A stretch of 64,000 bases of DNA from IMG/VR virus record IMGVR_UViG_3300022555_000011, positions 83,381 to 147,380 of that record; one strand, 5' to 3'. Source of the stretch: a virus (Duplodnaviria > Heunggongvirae > Uroviricota > Caudoviricetes). Below the pieces are notes generated by a model. That model made no database searches and was not told the origin of the DNA. It saw nothing but the letters and a program-made list of their open reading frames with translations. Made by a program: the position numbers and the translations under genes. Shown one piece after another: positions 1 through 10,488 of the stretch. The stretch's first letter is position 1, and the number at the start of each line of letters is the position of its first letter.

Positions 1-51
1 GTTTATTTATATTATTTATACAGATTGCTTTCATATTTTATTTTTTTGTAA

Positions 52-231
52 TTAATTGTGATATATTGTTCCTGGATGTAATATCCATTTTTTATCAGTT
101 ACTATATTGCCACATTCTTCAATAGTGTAATAAACGTTAAAGAAAAAAATGTATTTATCTTTTGGTTTTATAATTTCTAATTTTTTTCCATTAATAAGAG
201 TCAATTTAATTGGTTTATTTTTTTTCCCCAT
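52..231 (-). CDS. small hypothetical protein (59 aa), below ORF-track cutoff
   Basis: hand translation from ATG at 229-231 to TAA at 52-54: MGKKNKPIKLTLINGKK... Confidence 0.25.
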   Translation of the reverse strand: MGKKNKPIKLTLINGKKLEIIKPKDKYIFFFNVYYTIEECGNIVTDKKWILHPGTIYHN

Positions 232-259
232 ATTTTATTTTTTATAAATTATTTATTTT

Positions 260-598
260 TTAAATTAAAGCTATATTTTCATCTTCAACTTCTAATGTTT
301 CTATAATTTCTTCATCTTTTTTAAGATAAATTTTATTATCATCCCATCTCTGATATGCATCAAAATTTAATTCATAACCTTCATAATCCCCATAAGGATA
401 TATTTTTTGACCCTCTGTTAGAGTATATTTTTTTGTATTAGGACCTTGTAATAAATTGTAACACATATTAGCATTTGTAGTTATGTTATTTATTATAACT
501 TTATTTTCATCTTTATTATCTATAATTTGATTTAATTCTGATGTTAATTGATTTAATGCTTTTGAGTACGATGTTTCTGTAATTTTTATTGTTTTCAT
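260..598 (-). CDS. hypothetical small protein, MKTIKI family (tandem paralog of 617..961)
   Basis: ORF track; N-term MKTIKITETSYS and C-term NKIYLKKDEEIIE..EDEN shared with neighbour. Confidence 0.5.
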   Translation of the reverse strand: MKTIKITETSYSKALNQLTSELNQIIDNKDENKVIINNITTNANMCYNLLQGPNTKKYTLTEGQKIYPYGDYEGYELNFDAYQRWDDNKIYLKKDEEIIETLEVEDENIALI

Positions 599-616
599 TT
601 ATTTAATTTATTTTTA

Positions 617-961
617 TTATAATAAAATATCATTTTCATCTTCAATTTCAATAATTTCAATAATTTCATCTTCCTTTTTAAGATAGATTTTATTATCGTT
701 CCATTTTTGTAATTGATCAACAATTAGTGGTAAATTATAAAAAATGCCAAGTTGAAAAAATGGTAGTGATTTATCATTTTCATCTCTACTAGATTTTTGG
801 GAATTAAGAGAATAAAATAAAGAATCTTGTAATATAGAAGCAATATTACCATTTGTCACCATACTATTTATTATATTCTTATCTATAATTTCATTTAGTT
901 CCGTTGTTAAATGCTTTAAGGACTCTGTGTATTTGCTTTCTGCAATTTTTATTGTTTTCAT
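617..961 (-). CDS. hypothetical small protein, MKTIKI family paralog
   Basis: ORF track; MKTIKIAESKYTES N-term, conserved C-terminal block. Confidence 0.5.
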   Translation of the reverse strand: MKTIKIAESKYTESLKHLTTELNEIIDKNIINSMVTNGNIASILQDSLFYSLNSQKSSRDENDKSLPFFQLGIFYNLPLIVDQLQKWNDNKIYLKKEDEIIEIIEIEDENDILL

Positions 962-1001
962 TTTATAAGTTTTTATTTTTATATATAATAAATTATGAGT
1001 T

Positions 1002-1568
1002 ATGTTTAAAAATAATTATAAAATGAAAACTTACGAACAATTTACACAAAAATCAGATTTAATTAAATTAAAAGAATATCAAGTTAAATATATTTCACCT
1101 TTTTTTAAGAAATTAGGTTATAATGATATTGAAGTTAATTTTGAATTGTGGGAAGATTCAGGTAAAATAGATCCAACAGAATTTGATAGTGAGAAAGATA
1201 TGATAAAAATTAAGCCAGAATTTGTAAAATATATTTTATTAAAAGGAGACACTTGTGGCTGGTTAATTCACGAAACTGCTCATCATATTGCACATATTAA
1301 AAATATAATTGATGATAATGTAGAATATCCAGCAAATAAGATAGAAAGATTTACATACTCTTGTCAATTTAAATATTTACAAGAAAAAGGATTAAAATCT
1401 ATTGATCAATTAAAAAACGATAGATATTTTAAACATGAATTTTCTGGTGGTTCTAATAATGACGAAAAAAGAATGCCAATATTATCATTATATTGGAAAA
1501 CCCCAGATGTTTGGATTAAGAATCCAGATAAAATTACACCAGAATTACAAAAATTAATAAATATATGA
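1002..1568 (+). CDS. HExxH zinc-metallopeptidase-like protein with CTS-like N-terminus (probable start at 1023, MKTYEQFTQK)
   Basis: HETAHH motif (GWLIHETAHHIAH); second Met gives T4 CTS-like MKTYEQF. Confidence 0.5.
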   Translation: MFKNNYKMKTYEQFTQKSDLIKLKEYQVKYISPFFKKLGYNDIEVNFELWEDSGKIDPTEFDSEKDMIKIKPEFVKYILLKGDTCGWLIHETAHHIAHIKNIIDDNVEYPANKIERFTYSCQFKYLQEKGLKSIDQLKNDRYFKHEFSGGSNNDEKRMPILSLYWKTPDVWIKNPDKITPELQKLINI

Positions 1569-1960
1569 AAATACTAAAACTTAATGAATCTTTATATAGT
1601 GGTAAAATTGATAATCTTTATAAAAAATCAATTTTATATGAAAGTGTTAAATTAAAAGAAGAATCATTAAAAATTATTAATGAATATCTTGAATATAATT
1701 TAGAATTTAGAAAAAAATATTTTATAAATTATAAAAATACATTTAATAATGTATTTGGTGGTGGAAGTATTGTAAATCCAACAGACATTGAAGATAATGA
1801 AATTATTGAATTTGAGTTGGAAAATAATAGATTTTTATTAAATAATAAGAGAGGAACTAAACATTGGTTAACACAAAAAGAGACATTAGAACTTTTAAGT
1901 TTTGTAAATAATCCAGATTTAATAAGTTTAGTAAGATCACAAAAGAAATACAATATTTAA
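1565..1960 (+). CDS. CTS-like/KYNI family small protein
   Basis: N-term MKILKLNE, C-term SQKKYNI, ATGA overlap with upstream gene. Confidence 0.5.
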   Translation: MKILKLNESLYSGKIDNLYKKSILYESVKLKEESLKIINEYLEYNLEFRKKYFINYKNTFNNVFGGGSIVNPTDIEDNEIIEFELENNRFLLNNKRGTKHWLTQKETLELLSFVNNPDLISLVRSQKKYNI

Positions 1961-2114
1961 AGTCGGTATATATAAAAATTTTTTTTTAGAATTCTGTTTT
2001 TTCTAAAAAATCCTTAACCAATATATTAAAATTAAGGAATATTTTTTTATATATCTTATTTTCAGAGGGAAGAGATAGATTTTTATATATAGTAAAAAAT
2101 AATCATAAAGATAT

Positions 2115-2678
2115 ATGCCATTAGCACACTTTACAGCAGTGGAATCTCACAGAGAAAAGTGGGAACCTATACACCTTAATTTATTTGAGGCAACAATTAT
2201 TTTGCCTCAAGTTTTACAATCAATACATCCAAATGCAACACATTTGCTTTTGGAAAATACAGTTGAAGCTAATATGCCAACTTATCCAATACTTGCAACC
2301 GCAGAACAAAGATTTAAGTATTCAACTCGTCTTTTTGTTATGATGCCAGAGTCAACATCTATTAAGGATTTGAAAATTAAATTCAATCTTAATCAAAATG
2401 ATGATTATCAAATATTCTGTTTTAAAATGCTGAAAGATTGGTATGATTTAGCATGGAATAATGAAACTGGTACACTTCATTATAAGAAAAATTTAGTTGG
2501 TGATATTATTATACATCAACATGATAAAGAAGGTAAAGTTATTAGACGTGTAACTTATCATAATGCAATGATGTTAGCATTCTCTGGAATGGAATCATTA
2601 AATTGGGCATCAGGCACAGAAATAATGAGTCTTGATACAACATTTGCTGCAGACTACTGGGAAGATTTCTACTATTAG
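2115..2678 (+). CDS. hypothetical protein
   Basis: 187-aa ORF, no recognisable motif. Confidence 0.5.
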   Translation: MPLAHFTAVESHREKWEPIHLNLFEATIILPQVLQSIHPNATHLLLENTVEANMPTYPILATAEQRFKYSTRLFVMMPESTSIKDLKIKFNLNQNDDYQIFCFKMLKDWYDLAWNNETGTLHYKKNLVGDIIIHQHDKEGKVIRRVTYHNAMMLAFSGMESLNWASGTEIMSLDTTFAADYWEDFYY

Positions 2679-2801
2679 GCCCAAGTGCCTTATTTTAAGG
2701 TACTTTAAGAAAAGATATAATGAAAATTATATCTTTTTTTATTTTTATGATTATTGGGAACAACTTTTTATTTTTTATAAACTATATAAAATAAAAAAGA
2801 T

Positions 2802-3503
2802 ATGGAGAAAATATGTAGAATTTGTGGAAAGCCAAAAAATATAGAAGAATTTCATAAGAAAAAAGATACTCCAGATGGACATAGAAATGAGTGTAAAGAG
2901 TGTGTAAAAGGCATTCAAAAAAAATATAAAGAAGTTCCTGGATTTAAAGAAAAACAAAAAGAATATGATCAGAATTATTATTCTGAAAATAGATTAAAAT
3001 TATTGGAAAATAAAAAAGAATATCATAAAGAAAATAGAGACAAAATTCTTGTTCAAAAAGAACAATATAGAAATGATCCAAATAATGTTGATAAGATTAA
3101 AGATTATTTGAAAAATTATAGACTTGAAAATAAAGATAAATCAAAAGAATGGAGACAAAATAATAGACCTATATTAGCAAAAAATCAAGAAAATTATAGA
3201 TTAAATAATCCTCATATAGTTGCCTGGAGAAGTTTGCTTTATTCAACTTTAAAAAGGCTTGGTACTAAAAAACAAGGTCACACTATAGATATGTTAGGAT
3301 ATTCAGCATTACAACTAAAAGAACACATAGAAATCCAATTTTTGCCTGGAATGACTTGGGAAAATCACGGTGAGTGGCACATAGATCATGTAAGACCAGT
3401 GACTAATTTTCCAACAACAGAGGATGTTAAAATTGTTTGTGCATTAGAAAATTTACAACCTTTATGGGGATTTGATAATTTGTCAAAATCAAGTAGATAT
3501 TAA
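2802..3503 (+). CDS. HNH homing endonuclease with N-terminal CxxC zinc ribbon (paralog of 43568..44335)
   Basis: CRICGK...CKEC; WHIDHVRPV...NLQPLW..N HNH motif. Confidence 0.7.
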   Translation: MEKICRICGKPKNIEEFHKKKDTPDGHRNECKECVKGIQKKYKEVPGFKEKQKEYDQNYYSENRLKLLENKKEYHKENRDKILVQKEQYRNDPNNVDKIKDYLKNYRLENKDKSKEWRQNNRPILAKNQENYRLNNPHIVAWRSLLYSTLKRLGTKKQGHTIDMLGYSALQLKEHIEIQFLPGMTWENHGEWHIDHVRPVTNFPTTEDVKIVCALENLQPLWGFDNLSKSSRY

Positions 3504-3510
3504 AAATCGC

Positions 3511-3756
3511 TTATTCAGTTTGTGTTTCAGGTGTTGGAATACTTTTAACTTTAGGTTTAACAAAGCACATAATAATAAGAGCTAAAACTGCTAATCCATC
3601 AGCAATAAGTGCAGCACTTTTTTGTGCATAGGTAAAATCTGTTCCACCAGACATTCCAATAAAAAGTCCAAGAACAAATGCACCAGCCATAGGTAGTAGT
3701 GCGTACCATTTCCATCCACGAAACCAAGCGACGATTGTAAGAATAATTTGTAACAT
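3511..3756 (-). CDS. small membrane protein (holin-like, 2 TM)
   Basis: 81 aa, hydrophobic helices, charged C-terminus. Confidence 0.4.
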   Translation of the reverse strand: MLQIILTIVAWFRGWKWYALLPMAGAFVLGLFIGMSGGTDFTYAQKSAALIADGLAVLALIIMCFVKPKVKSIPTPETQTE

Positions 3757-3952
3757 AATGAGTGATTTTAATTTGATTTTTATATGAAATATTGTATAAA
3801 ATGTTTAATATTTTCTGTATATGTAGGTGAATAGTGTCAATCTGTCTATGAAAACTGTCAATCCATCTATTTATCAGTTATTTATCAATAACTTATATTA
3901 AGTTTGTGTATATATAAGATATAAAAACAAATTTAAAAACAATTAAAAGATT

Positions 3953-4420
3953 ATGAAAACACTTAGCACAAACACAAAATTGGTTCTAGCATTTTTTGCT
4001 GGAATGTTATTCTTACTATTAGTAAATGTAGGAAGAGGTCACAACAGACACGAAAAATTCAATCATGAAAAATTCGCTCAAGCTGGAAAAGTTGAGATGA
4101 AAAAAGATTGTAACTGTGAAGGTAAAAATTTCAGATTTGAAGGTCGTCAAAATTTTAGACACAATGGACCTGAGATGAGAGGAATGAGAAATCCTGAAAT
4201 GAGAGGAATGAGAAATCCTGAAATGAAAGGTAGATTTAATCCTGCTATGAGAGATTCTAATATGAGGGATCATAGATTTTCATATTATCATATGGAAAGA
4301 CCTATTAACAGAGTTCCTATAATGTTGGATGAAATTGTAATTACAGCACCTAAACTTAGTTATGTTCCAACAACAAATATGATTGGTGAAGTTGTTGTTT
4401 TTGCACAAAAACTTAGTTAA
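3953..4420 (+). CDS. secreted repeat protein (signal peptide, PEMRGMRN repeats)
   Basis: N-terminal hydrophobic signal; 27-nt tandem coding repeats. Confidence 0.45.
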   Translation: MKTLSTNTKLVLAFFAGMLFLLLVNVGRGHNRHEKFNHEKFAQAGKVEMKKDCNCEGKNFRFEGRQNFRHNGPEMRGMRNPEMRGMRNPEMKGRFNPAMRDSNMRDHRFSYYHMERPINRVPIMLDEIVITAPKLSYVPTTNMIGEVVVFAQKLS

Positions 4421-4437
4421 TAAAAACTTAGATACAT

Positions 4438-4468
4438 TAAAAGCCTCAATTTGAGGCTTTTTTTATTT
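4438..4468. terminator. bidirectional intrinsic terminator
   Basis: AAAAGCCTCAAATTGAGGCTTTTTTT. Confidence 0.7.
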
Positions 4469-5125
4469 TACATATATGTCTAATGTATTTGGGAATTTAA
4501 CTGAATAATCTGACCATGCTGAATAGAATGATAGATATGCTGAGCCAGTTCCATACCACATAATATCAACTTTTGGATATCCGTATGGTGGATTTGTGCC
4601 ATAAAATTGCATTACTTTTCCATTTTTAATGTTAAAAGAATAACTAATTACATCTGTAGAATATTTTGGAGGTTGTCCTGTTTGATCATATTGAGGTATT
4701 AACGTATATGTTTCTGTTGATTTTAGTGTAGGAGTTTTATTACCTTCTATTTTCCAATATGGTCCTTGCTTATAATATAGATTCAGAGTTTCTTTCCAAG
4801 AACCAAGTGTTAGGTTTAATTCACTATAATTCAATCTAGTGATGCCTGATATTATTGGTTCTCTTGTTTTTGTGACCATTGGCATTAGTTGGCAAATTAC
4901 TTTTGCACTATTTTGTCCAGATATAATATGAAATGGAGGATCTACTGTCCAAGTATAATTTTTTGGTCCTGGTTTTGATAATACAAACCCCTCATAAGTG
5001 AAGCTGTATAATATTTGTGGATCTGAATATCCTGGCGGTGTGTTTGGATATGAATGTGCAATACCATTGTTATCAAAGTCATAAACATATTCAATATCAT
5101 TTATATTATATGTTGGTATAATCAT
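4463..5125 (-). CDS. hypothetical protein
   Basis: 220-aa ORF sharing bidirectional terminator with 3953..4420. Confidence 0.5.
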   Translation of the reverse strand: MIIPTYNINDIEYVYDFDNNGIAHSYPNTPPGYSDPQILYSFTYEGFVLSKPGPKNYTWTVDPPFHIISGQNSAKVICQLMPMVTKTREPIISGITRLNYSELNLTLGSWKETLNLYYKQGPYWKIEGNKTPTLKSTETYTLIPQYDQTGQPPKYSTDVISYSFNIKNGKVMQFYGTNPPYGYPKVDIMWYGTGSAYLSFYSAWSDYSVKFPNTLDIYVK

Positions 5126-5200
5126 TTTAAGAGTTTTCTTTTATATATTAATTTTAGGGGACAGAATTGTTTTAATATATAAAATAAAAATTTAATAAAG

Positions 5201-6157
5201 ATGGCTGATAATTTTAAAAATAAACAAGAACAAGAAGCTCTAAAGTATTTGGAGCAGAATTTTGTAGGTGATCAGGACAATAGTTTGGATAATATACAAA
5301 AAGCTGATTTATCTTATTTGGATAATGTACCTTCTAATGAATATATGGTTATACCATTGGAAATTTTGCCTTGCGGATTATTTTATAAACCTGGCACAAA
5401 GATTAGTATTAGAGCTGCTAAAGTTCAAGAAGTTCAGGCTTACTCTGTTGTAGATGATAAAAATTATTTAGATATAACAGAAAAAATGAATGGTATTTTA
5501 AGTTCTTGTGTTAAATATGTTTATGGAAATGGCATGCAAGGATCTTATAAAGATGTGAGAGATGGAGATAGATTGTTTTTAATTTTTATGATAAGAGAAT
5601 TAACATTTCCAGGTGGTAAAAATTTAACAAAAGATGCAGTTTGTGAAAATTGTGGACATGAGTTTAAAATGGAGTTGAGGGCAACTAGTTCTAATAAAGT
5701 TCAAAAAACATTTGTGAATTATGAGATGCCAGAAAAACTTGTAAAGTTTTTTGATAAAAATGAAAGAGTTTTTGTATTTAATATTGATGGTGTTGATTAT
5801 AAATTAGCACCTCCAACTATTGGTATTCAAGAAATTTTCTTTGGTGATATTAAGAATAAAATTCAAATAGATAAAAATCCTAATGTTGCATTTTTGAAAC
5901 TTGCATCATTTTTACTTCATGATAGAATTAAAATTACTGAAGAAGGTATAAAAGCTAAAGAACAGGAGTTTAAGAATCTAAGTATGAAAACATTCCAAAT
6001 TTTGAATCATGCAGTCGGTCAAATATTATTTGGTATTAAAGAAATGAAATGTGATTGTCCATCGTGTGGTCTGGAGGTCCGCACCGATATGAGCTTTCCC
6101 TCAGGAGCCTCAGACATTTTCGTTATTCCAGATGCCATTGACGAATATTTTGGATAG
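5201..6157 (+). CDS. hypothetical protein with two CxxC zinc-ribbon motifs
   Basis: CENCGHEF...CDCPSCG. Confidence 0.5.
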   Translation: MADNFKNKQEQEALKYLEQNFVGDQDNSLDNIQKADLSYLDNVPSNEYMVIPLEILPCGLFYKPGTKISIRAAKVQEVQAYSVVDDKNYLDITEKMNGILSSCVKYVYGNGMQGSYKDVRDGDRLFLIFMIRELTFPGGKNLTKDAVCENCGHEFKMELRATSSNKVQKTFVNYEMPEKLVKFFDKNERVFVFNIDGVDYKLAPPTIGIQEIFFGDIKNKIQIDKNPNVAFLKLASFLLHDRIKITEEGIKAKEQEFKNLSMKTFQILNHAVGQILFGIKEMKCDCPSCGLEVRTDMSFPSGASDIFVIPDAIDEYFG

Positions 6158-6389
6158 TAAATTTGGGTTTATGGATATTCAAGGTATTGCACCAAGATAT
6201 ATAAATGAATTATCTTGGTGGGAATATGAAGAATATGTGAAGAGGTTAAATGATAAAATTGAGAAGGAAAATAAGCAACAACAAGAGTCTCATAAAAATC
6301 AACAACAAGTGCCTAATATGTCTGATTATTCTAAAAAAATACCAAATGTTAGTTCTATGATGAATAATTTAGGAAAATATAAACCATAA
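6132..6389 (+). CDS. hypothetical protein (Q/N-rich)
   Basis: ORF track. Confidence 0.3.
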   Translation: MPLTNILDSKFGFMDIQGIAPRYINELSWWEYEEYVKRLNDKIEKENKQQQESHKNQQQVPNMSDYSKKIPNVSSMMNNLGKYKP

Positions 6390-6433
6390 CAGTTGAAAAT
6401 CAAAGGAGTTTCATAATTATATGTGAGACTTTT

Positions 6434-6703
6434 TTGATTTTAAATTATAATATATATAGAAAAACAATCACAACTATGAAGAAACTTAAAAACTATGATC
6501 AATTTGTAAAGGAGTCCTTTACATTAACTTTAGATCAATTGCCTACTATTGGCGATATTGTTGATAAAGTAAATTGGAAAGAAGGTGAAAAAATCGCTTT
6601 TATAGATTTTAAAGGTATTAAAAATATACCAGTTCACATTGCAGGCAAAGAAGCTGAGATGGATTTAGAAATTGAAAATACACTTGAAGTAGAAAAAGCA
6701 TAA
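6434..6703 (+). CDS. small CTS-like protein (likely true start at 6476, MKKLKNYDQFVKE)
   Basis: internal Met gives CTS-like N-terminus. Confidence 0.4.
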   Translation: MILNYNIYRKTITTMKKLKNYDQFVKESFTLTLDQLPTIGDIVDKVNWKEGEKIAFIDFKGIKNIPVHIAGKEAEMDLEIENTLEVEKA

Positions 6704-6718
6704 TTTATATATATTTTT

Positions 6719-7180
6719 ATGGGAAATTCTAATGAAAAATTAATGGAAGCAACAGAAAGCCATAAACTTTCTGGTGTTGTACTTATTTATAATAATAAGA
6801 TATTGTTGGTGCGCCCTAAGAAATTCAAAAGAAAAATGAGAAAATGGTCTATTCCAAAGGGACATATAGAAGAAAAAATGACAAAAATTCAAACAGCATT
6901 AAAAGAATTGAAGGAAGAATCAACAGTAAAATTGAAAAAAAGACATTTGAAGGGTAGTCCAAAGGTGATTATCGATTATTTTAAAGCTGGTGCTTACAAG
7001 AAATTAACTTGCTATATTGTTAGAATAGAAAGAGAAGAGATGAATGTTAAATTATTTAATGATATGATATTAGGTAATTTTTTGAAAGGTGAAACAGTTG
7101 AAGCTGGATTTTTTTCAAAAGAAGATGCAACAAAGATTATAGAAAGACATCAATTAGATTTATTAAAATTCTTAGATTAA
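6719..7180 (+). CDS. Nudix-like hydrolase
   Basis: PKGHIEEKMTKIQTALKELKEESTV approximates Nudix box GX5EX7REUXEEXGU. Confidence 0.45.
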   Translation: MGNSNEKLMEATESHKLSGVVLIYNNKILLVRPKKFKRKMRKWSIPKGHIEEKMTKIQTALKELKEESTVKLKKRHLKGSPKVIIDYFKAGAYKKLTCYIVRIEREEMNVKLFNDMILGNFLKGETVEAGFFSKEDATKIIERHQLDLLKFLD

Positions 7181-7183
7181 TAT

Positions 7184-8092
7184 ATGAGTAGGAGATTGAC
7201 AACTGAGCAATTTATAGAAAAATCAAATGAAGTTCATAATAATAAATATGATTATAGCCTGGTTTGTTATAAAAATAATTTTACTAAGGTAAAAATTATA
7301 TGTCCTGAACATGGAGTGTTCGAACAAAGACCAAGTGGTCATATTTATTTAGAACAAGGCTGTCCTATATGTTATGGAAATAAAAAAATAACAAGAGATG
7401 AGTTTATAAAAAGTGCAATTGATATACATGATGATAAATATGATTATAGTTTAGTTGATTATAAAAACAATTTCACTAAAGTAAAAATAATATGTCCAGT
7501 TCATGGTATATTTGAACAAAAACCAAATAATCATATAATACAAAAACGTGGTTGTTTAAGATGTTCAGGTAAAAATTTGAAAACTACAGAAGAGTTTATA
7601 TTATTTGCTAAAAATATTCACGGAGATTTATATGATTATAGTTTAGTAAATTATAGTAATAGCCTTACAAATGTTAAGATTATATGTAAAAAACATGGTG
7701 TATTTGAACAACGACCAGATTCTCATATTTGCAGAAGTCATGGTTGTCCAATATGTAAAAATAGTAAAGGTGAGCAAATTATAATTAATGCATTGAATGA
7801 TAATAATTTTTCATTTGTTAGACAGAAGGAATTTTTGGAATGTAAGGATAAAAAAGCTTTACCATTTGACTTTTATTTACCAAGCCAAAATTTGTGTATA
7901 GAATACGATGGATTACAACACTTTGAACCAGTTGAATTTTGGGGTGGTATTGAAAATTTAGAATATGTCAAAAAGCACGATCAAATTAAAACTAATTATT
8001 GTAGAGATAATGATATTAAATTAATTAGAATTAAGTATAATAGGAAATTAAGTTCTATTGATATTTTAGAAAAAATATATAATTATGATTAA
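7184..8092 (+). CDS. homing-endonuclease-like protein: three zinc-ribbon repeats plus C-terminal PD-(D/E)xK-like nuclease domain
   Basis: 3x KYDYSLV.Y.NNFTKVKIICP.HG.FEQ.P..H...GCP.C; C-term IEYDGLQHF...K. Confidence 0.45.
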   Translation: MSRRLTTEQFIEKSNEVHNNKYDYSLVCYKNNFTKVKIICPEHGVFEQRPSGHIYLEQGCPICYGNKKITRDEFIKSAIDIHDDKYDYSLVDYKNNFTKVKIICPVHGIFEQKPNNHIIQKRGCLRCSGKNLKTTEEFILFAKNIHGDLYDYSLVNYSNSLTNVKIICKKHGVFEQRPDSHICRSHGCPICKNSKGEQIIINALNDNNFSFVRQKEFLECKDKKALPFDFYLPSQNLCIEYDGLQHFEPVEFWGGIENLEYVKKHDQIKTNYCRDNDIKLIRIKYNRKLSSIDILEKIYNYD

Positions 8093-8969
8093 TAAGGAGT
8101 TATGTTTTTTTGACTTAGATAATACACTTTGGTATATAAAGAGTGATATATGGGTTATTGATAAAAATAAACCAGCAGTTCCAATATTTAAGATTTCTCC
8201 TATTGAATTCGCTTTAATTAAAAGTGGAATTTATGTTAAAGATGATATTCTAATTGAATATAATAATGAAAAATTTTATATCTCTAAAGATATAATGGAG
8301 AGAATTTTAAGAAAAAATAAAAACACCAGATTAGGCAATTTAGGAATATCTTACAGTGAATATTTTGATGATGATATTTTAAATAAAAAAGATGTACAAC
8401 TATTACTCAATAATGTTAAACATCTTATAGGTAAAAATATCGAGATTGGACTTTTAACAGCCAGAAGTGATAGAAAAAAACACACACCTTTACTTAATAA
8501 ATTAAGACTTAAATTAAAAGAATACGGATTAGAGATAGATAAAATATATTTCGTTTCTGAATCTATTAGAATAACTGGTCACCAAGATAGAGTGTTTTAT
8601 GATAAGAATAAAGTTCTTTTGAGTCATTTAATTGGCTTAACAATAGATAATGATAGATTTATGCCAGTTAAAAAAGATGCTTATAATAAAGTTTATTTTT
8701 ATGATGATGTTAAATCCAATACTGCTAATCTTAATAATTTACAAGATTATTTTGATTATTTAGTTAGAAATAGTGATAGTGAGTGTGTAGAGTTCATAAA
8801 TAATAGACTTGACAATAATGAATTAATTTTAGTAAATAATTTGATTACAAATAATGAAGTAAATCCTTTTGAAACAAATGTAATTAAATTAAAATCACCA
8901 GTTAAGTATCCTATGAGAGTTGAAGATAAGAAACTTACTGTAAAATTTGAAAATTTTAGAAAGTATTAA
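8085..8969 (+). CDS. HAD-superfamily phosphatase
   Basis: N-terminal FFDLDNTLW (DxDxT motif I). Confidence 0.5.
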   Translation: MINKELCFFDLDNTLWYIKSDIWVIDKNKPAVPIFKISPIEFALIKSGIYVKDDILIEYNNEKFYISKDIMERILRKNKNTRLGNLGISYSEYFDDDILNKKDVQLLLNNVKHLIGKNIEIGLLTARSDRKKHTPLLNKLRLKLKEYGLEIDKIYFVSESIRITGHQDRVFYDKNKVLLSHLIGLTIDNDRFMPVKKDAYNKVYFYDDVKSNTANLNNLQDYFDYLVRNSDSECVEFINNRLDNNELILVNNLITNNEVNPFETNVIKLKSPVKYPMRVEDKKLTVKFENFRKY

Positions 8970-10309
8970 TTTCTTGTAACTACAACTGTTGAAGTTTTTA
9001 TTGTTCCTTTACCATCTTTTACTTTACATGTATATGTTGTTTCTGGTAATCTGGCTTTTAATGGATTATTATAATATGGAATATTTGGTATTACAGTTCT
9101 AACTCCATCATCATCTCCATCTAAATCGTTTGGATCTCTTGGTATAATATTTCCATTTATATCTGTCCATTCATATGAGAATTGATAATCACTTCCAGAC
9201 GCTTCAACTGATAATTTTACTTCTTTACCTTTACTAACAACAGAAGGTTCTGCTTTTGCTTTTACTGTTAGTGAAATACTATCCATTTTCTTTTTAGCTT
9301 TGTTTAATGCAGATGTTACTTTATTTAATAATCCTAATACAACTGTAAGTGCAGCTAATATAGTTACAAATATTCCAAATATCATATTAATTTGTGCTAT
9401 AACTGGTTGAGCTTCTTTTGGTAATAATAAACCAATAGTGTCAATTATTACTAATAACGGTAATATTTCTGCTGTTTTTTGTTGTAATTTTTTTATAGCT
9501 TCCATCATTGTTAGTACAGCAGTCATAGCAGTTGGGATTCCTGCACCAAATGGTAAAATAACTATTGACGATACTAATGCAGCTATTGATGTTGCTATGG
9601 TTGCTATAGTTGTTGGTATTGCTATTGTGAATTCTCCTAATTTAATTCCTAATTGTACTAAACCATTTTCTAAATCTTTTATTTGCTGGTTTATTTTTTT
9701 CCACATTGGATGATTTTCATCAATTGGTGGCTGATAATCTTCATCTCCAGGTTGTGCTACGCAAGCAGGATCTATTTTATCATTATCATATAGTTTACCA
9801 TTCTTATAATAAATTTTACCATAAATACATAGTTGTGCATCTTCTTCTGATAATGGGGGATTAAATGATGCACCTTGCATTATTAACATTTTTTTTGCAA
9901 TTTGTCTTTGAGTTAATAATTTTGGCTTAATAGCTTTGCTCCAAATGTCTGCTGGAACTTTTGATACTGGAGGTAATCCAATTACTTGTAATTCTGTTAT
10001 TTTTTTCTGTAAGTCATCTTTAGATTTTGTTAATTCTGTTGTTGAAGCTGTATTAAATGTGGTTCCGCTATCTACTGTTGATTTAACTGGTGGAATTGTT
10101 GTATTTTTTGTTGTAGATGAATTTGTTGTAGTTAGAGTCATATTTTCAACACCAGGATAAGAATCTTTTAATCCTAAAATTGCCTCTTGAACTAAAATAT
10201 CATTTGTAGCTGCGAATGATGGAGTACCTGAATATATTTGAGTGCCATTATCATATACTATTACCCATTTTTTAGGACCAAGAGTACCAAATTTATATGT
10301 AAATGCCAT
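8966..10309 (-). CDS. membrane-anchored protein with C-terminal Ig-like region (possible virion protein)
   Basis: two long hydrophobic segments; Thr/Ser-rich N-terminal half. Confidence 0.45.
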   Translation of the reverse strand: MAFTYKFGTLGPKKWVIVYDNGTQIYSGTPSFAATNDILVQEAILGLKDSYPGVENMTLTTTNSSTTKNTTIPPVKSTVDSGTTFNTASTTELTKSKDDLQKKITELQVIGLPPVSKVPADIWSKAIKPKLLTQRQIAKKMLIMQGASFNPPLSEEDAQLCIYGKIYYKNGKLYDNDKIDPACVAQPGDEDYQPPIDENHPMWKKINQQIKDLENGLVQLGIKLGEFTIAIPTTIATIATSIAALVSSIVILPFGAGIPTAMTAVLTMMEAIKKLQQKTAEILPLLVIIDTIGLLLPKEAQPVIAQINMIFGIFVTILAALTVVLGLLNKVTSALNKAKKKMDSISLTVKAKAEPSVVSKGKEVKLSVEASGSDYQFSYEWTDINGNIIPRDPNDLDGDDDGVRTVIPNIPYYNNPLKARLPETTYTCKVKDGKGTIKTSTVVVTRN

Positions 10310-10356
10310 GAATTAATTATTTTTTATTTATATATAAAAATGAATCATTCTTAAAA

Positions 10357-10488
10357 TGATTTTTAAATTTTAATATATAAAAAAAAATAAATGATAAATA
10401 TGAAAAATTTATATTCTAAAAATGATTTTTAAATTTTAATATATAAAAAAAAATAAATGATAAATATGAAAAATTTATATTCTAAAAA
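10357..10488. repeat. 2 x 66-bp tandem duplication including start region of gene 10457
   Basis: unit TGATTTTTAAATTTTAATATATAAAAAAAAATAAATGATAAATATGAAAAATTTATATTCTAAAAA at 10357 and 10423. Confidence 0.7.

Noticed and set aside
9438-10160. Plus-strand ORFs 9438..9713 and 9936..10160 inside gene 8966..10309
   Set aside because: They are antisense to a longer, better-supported ORF. They are hydrophobic mirror images of its TM segments.
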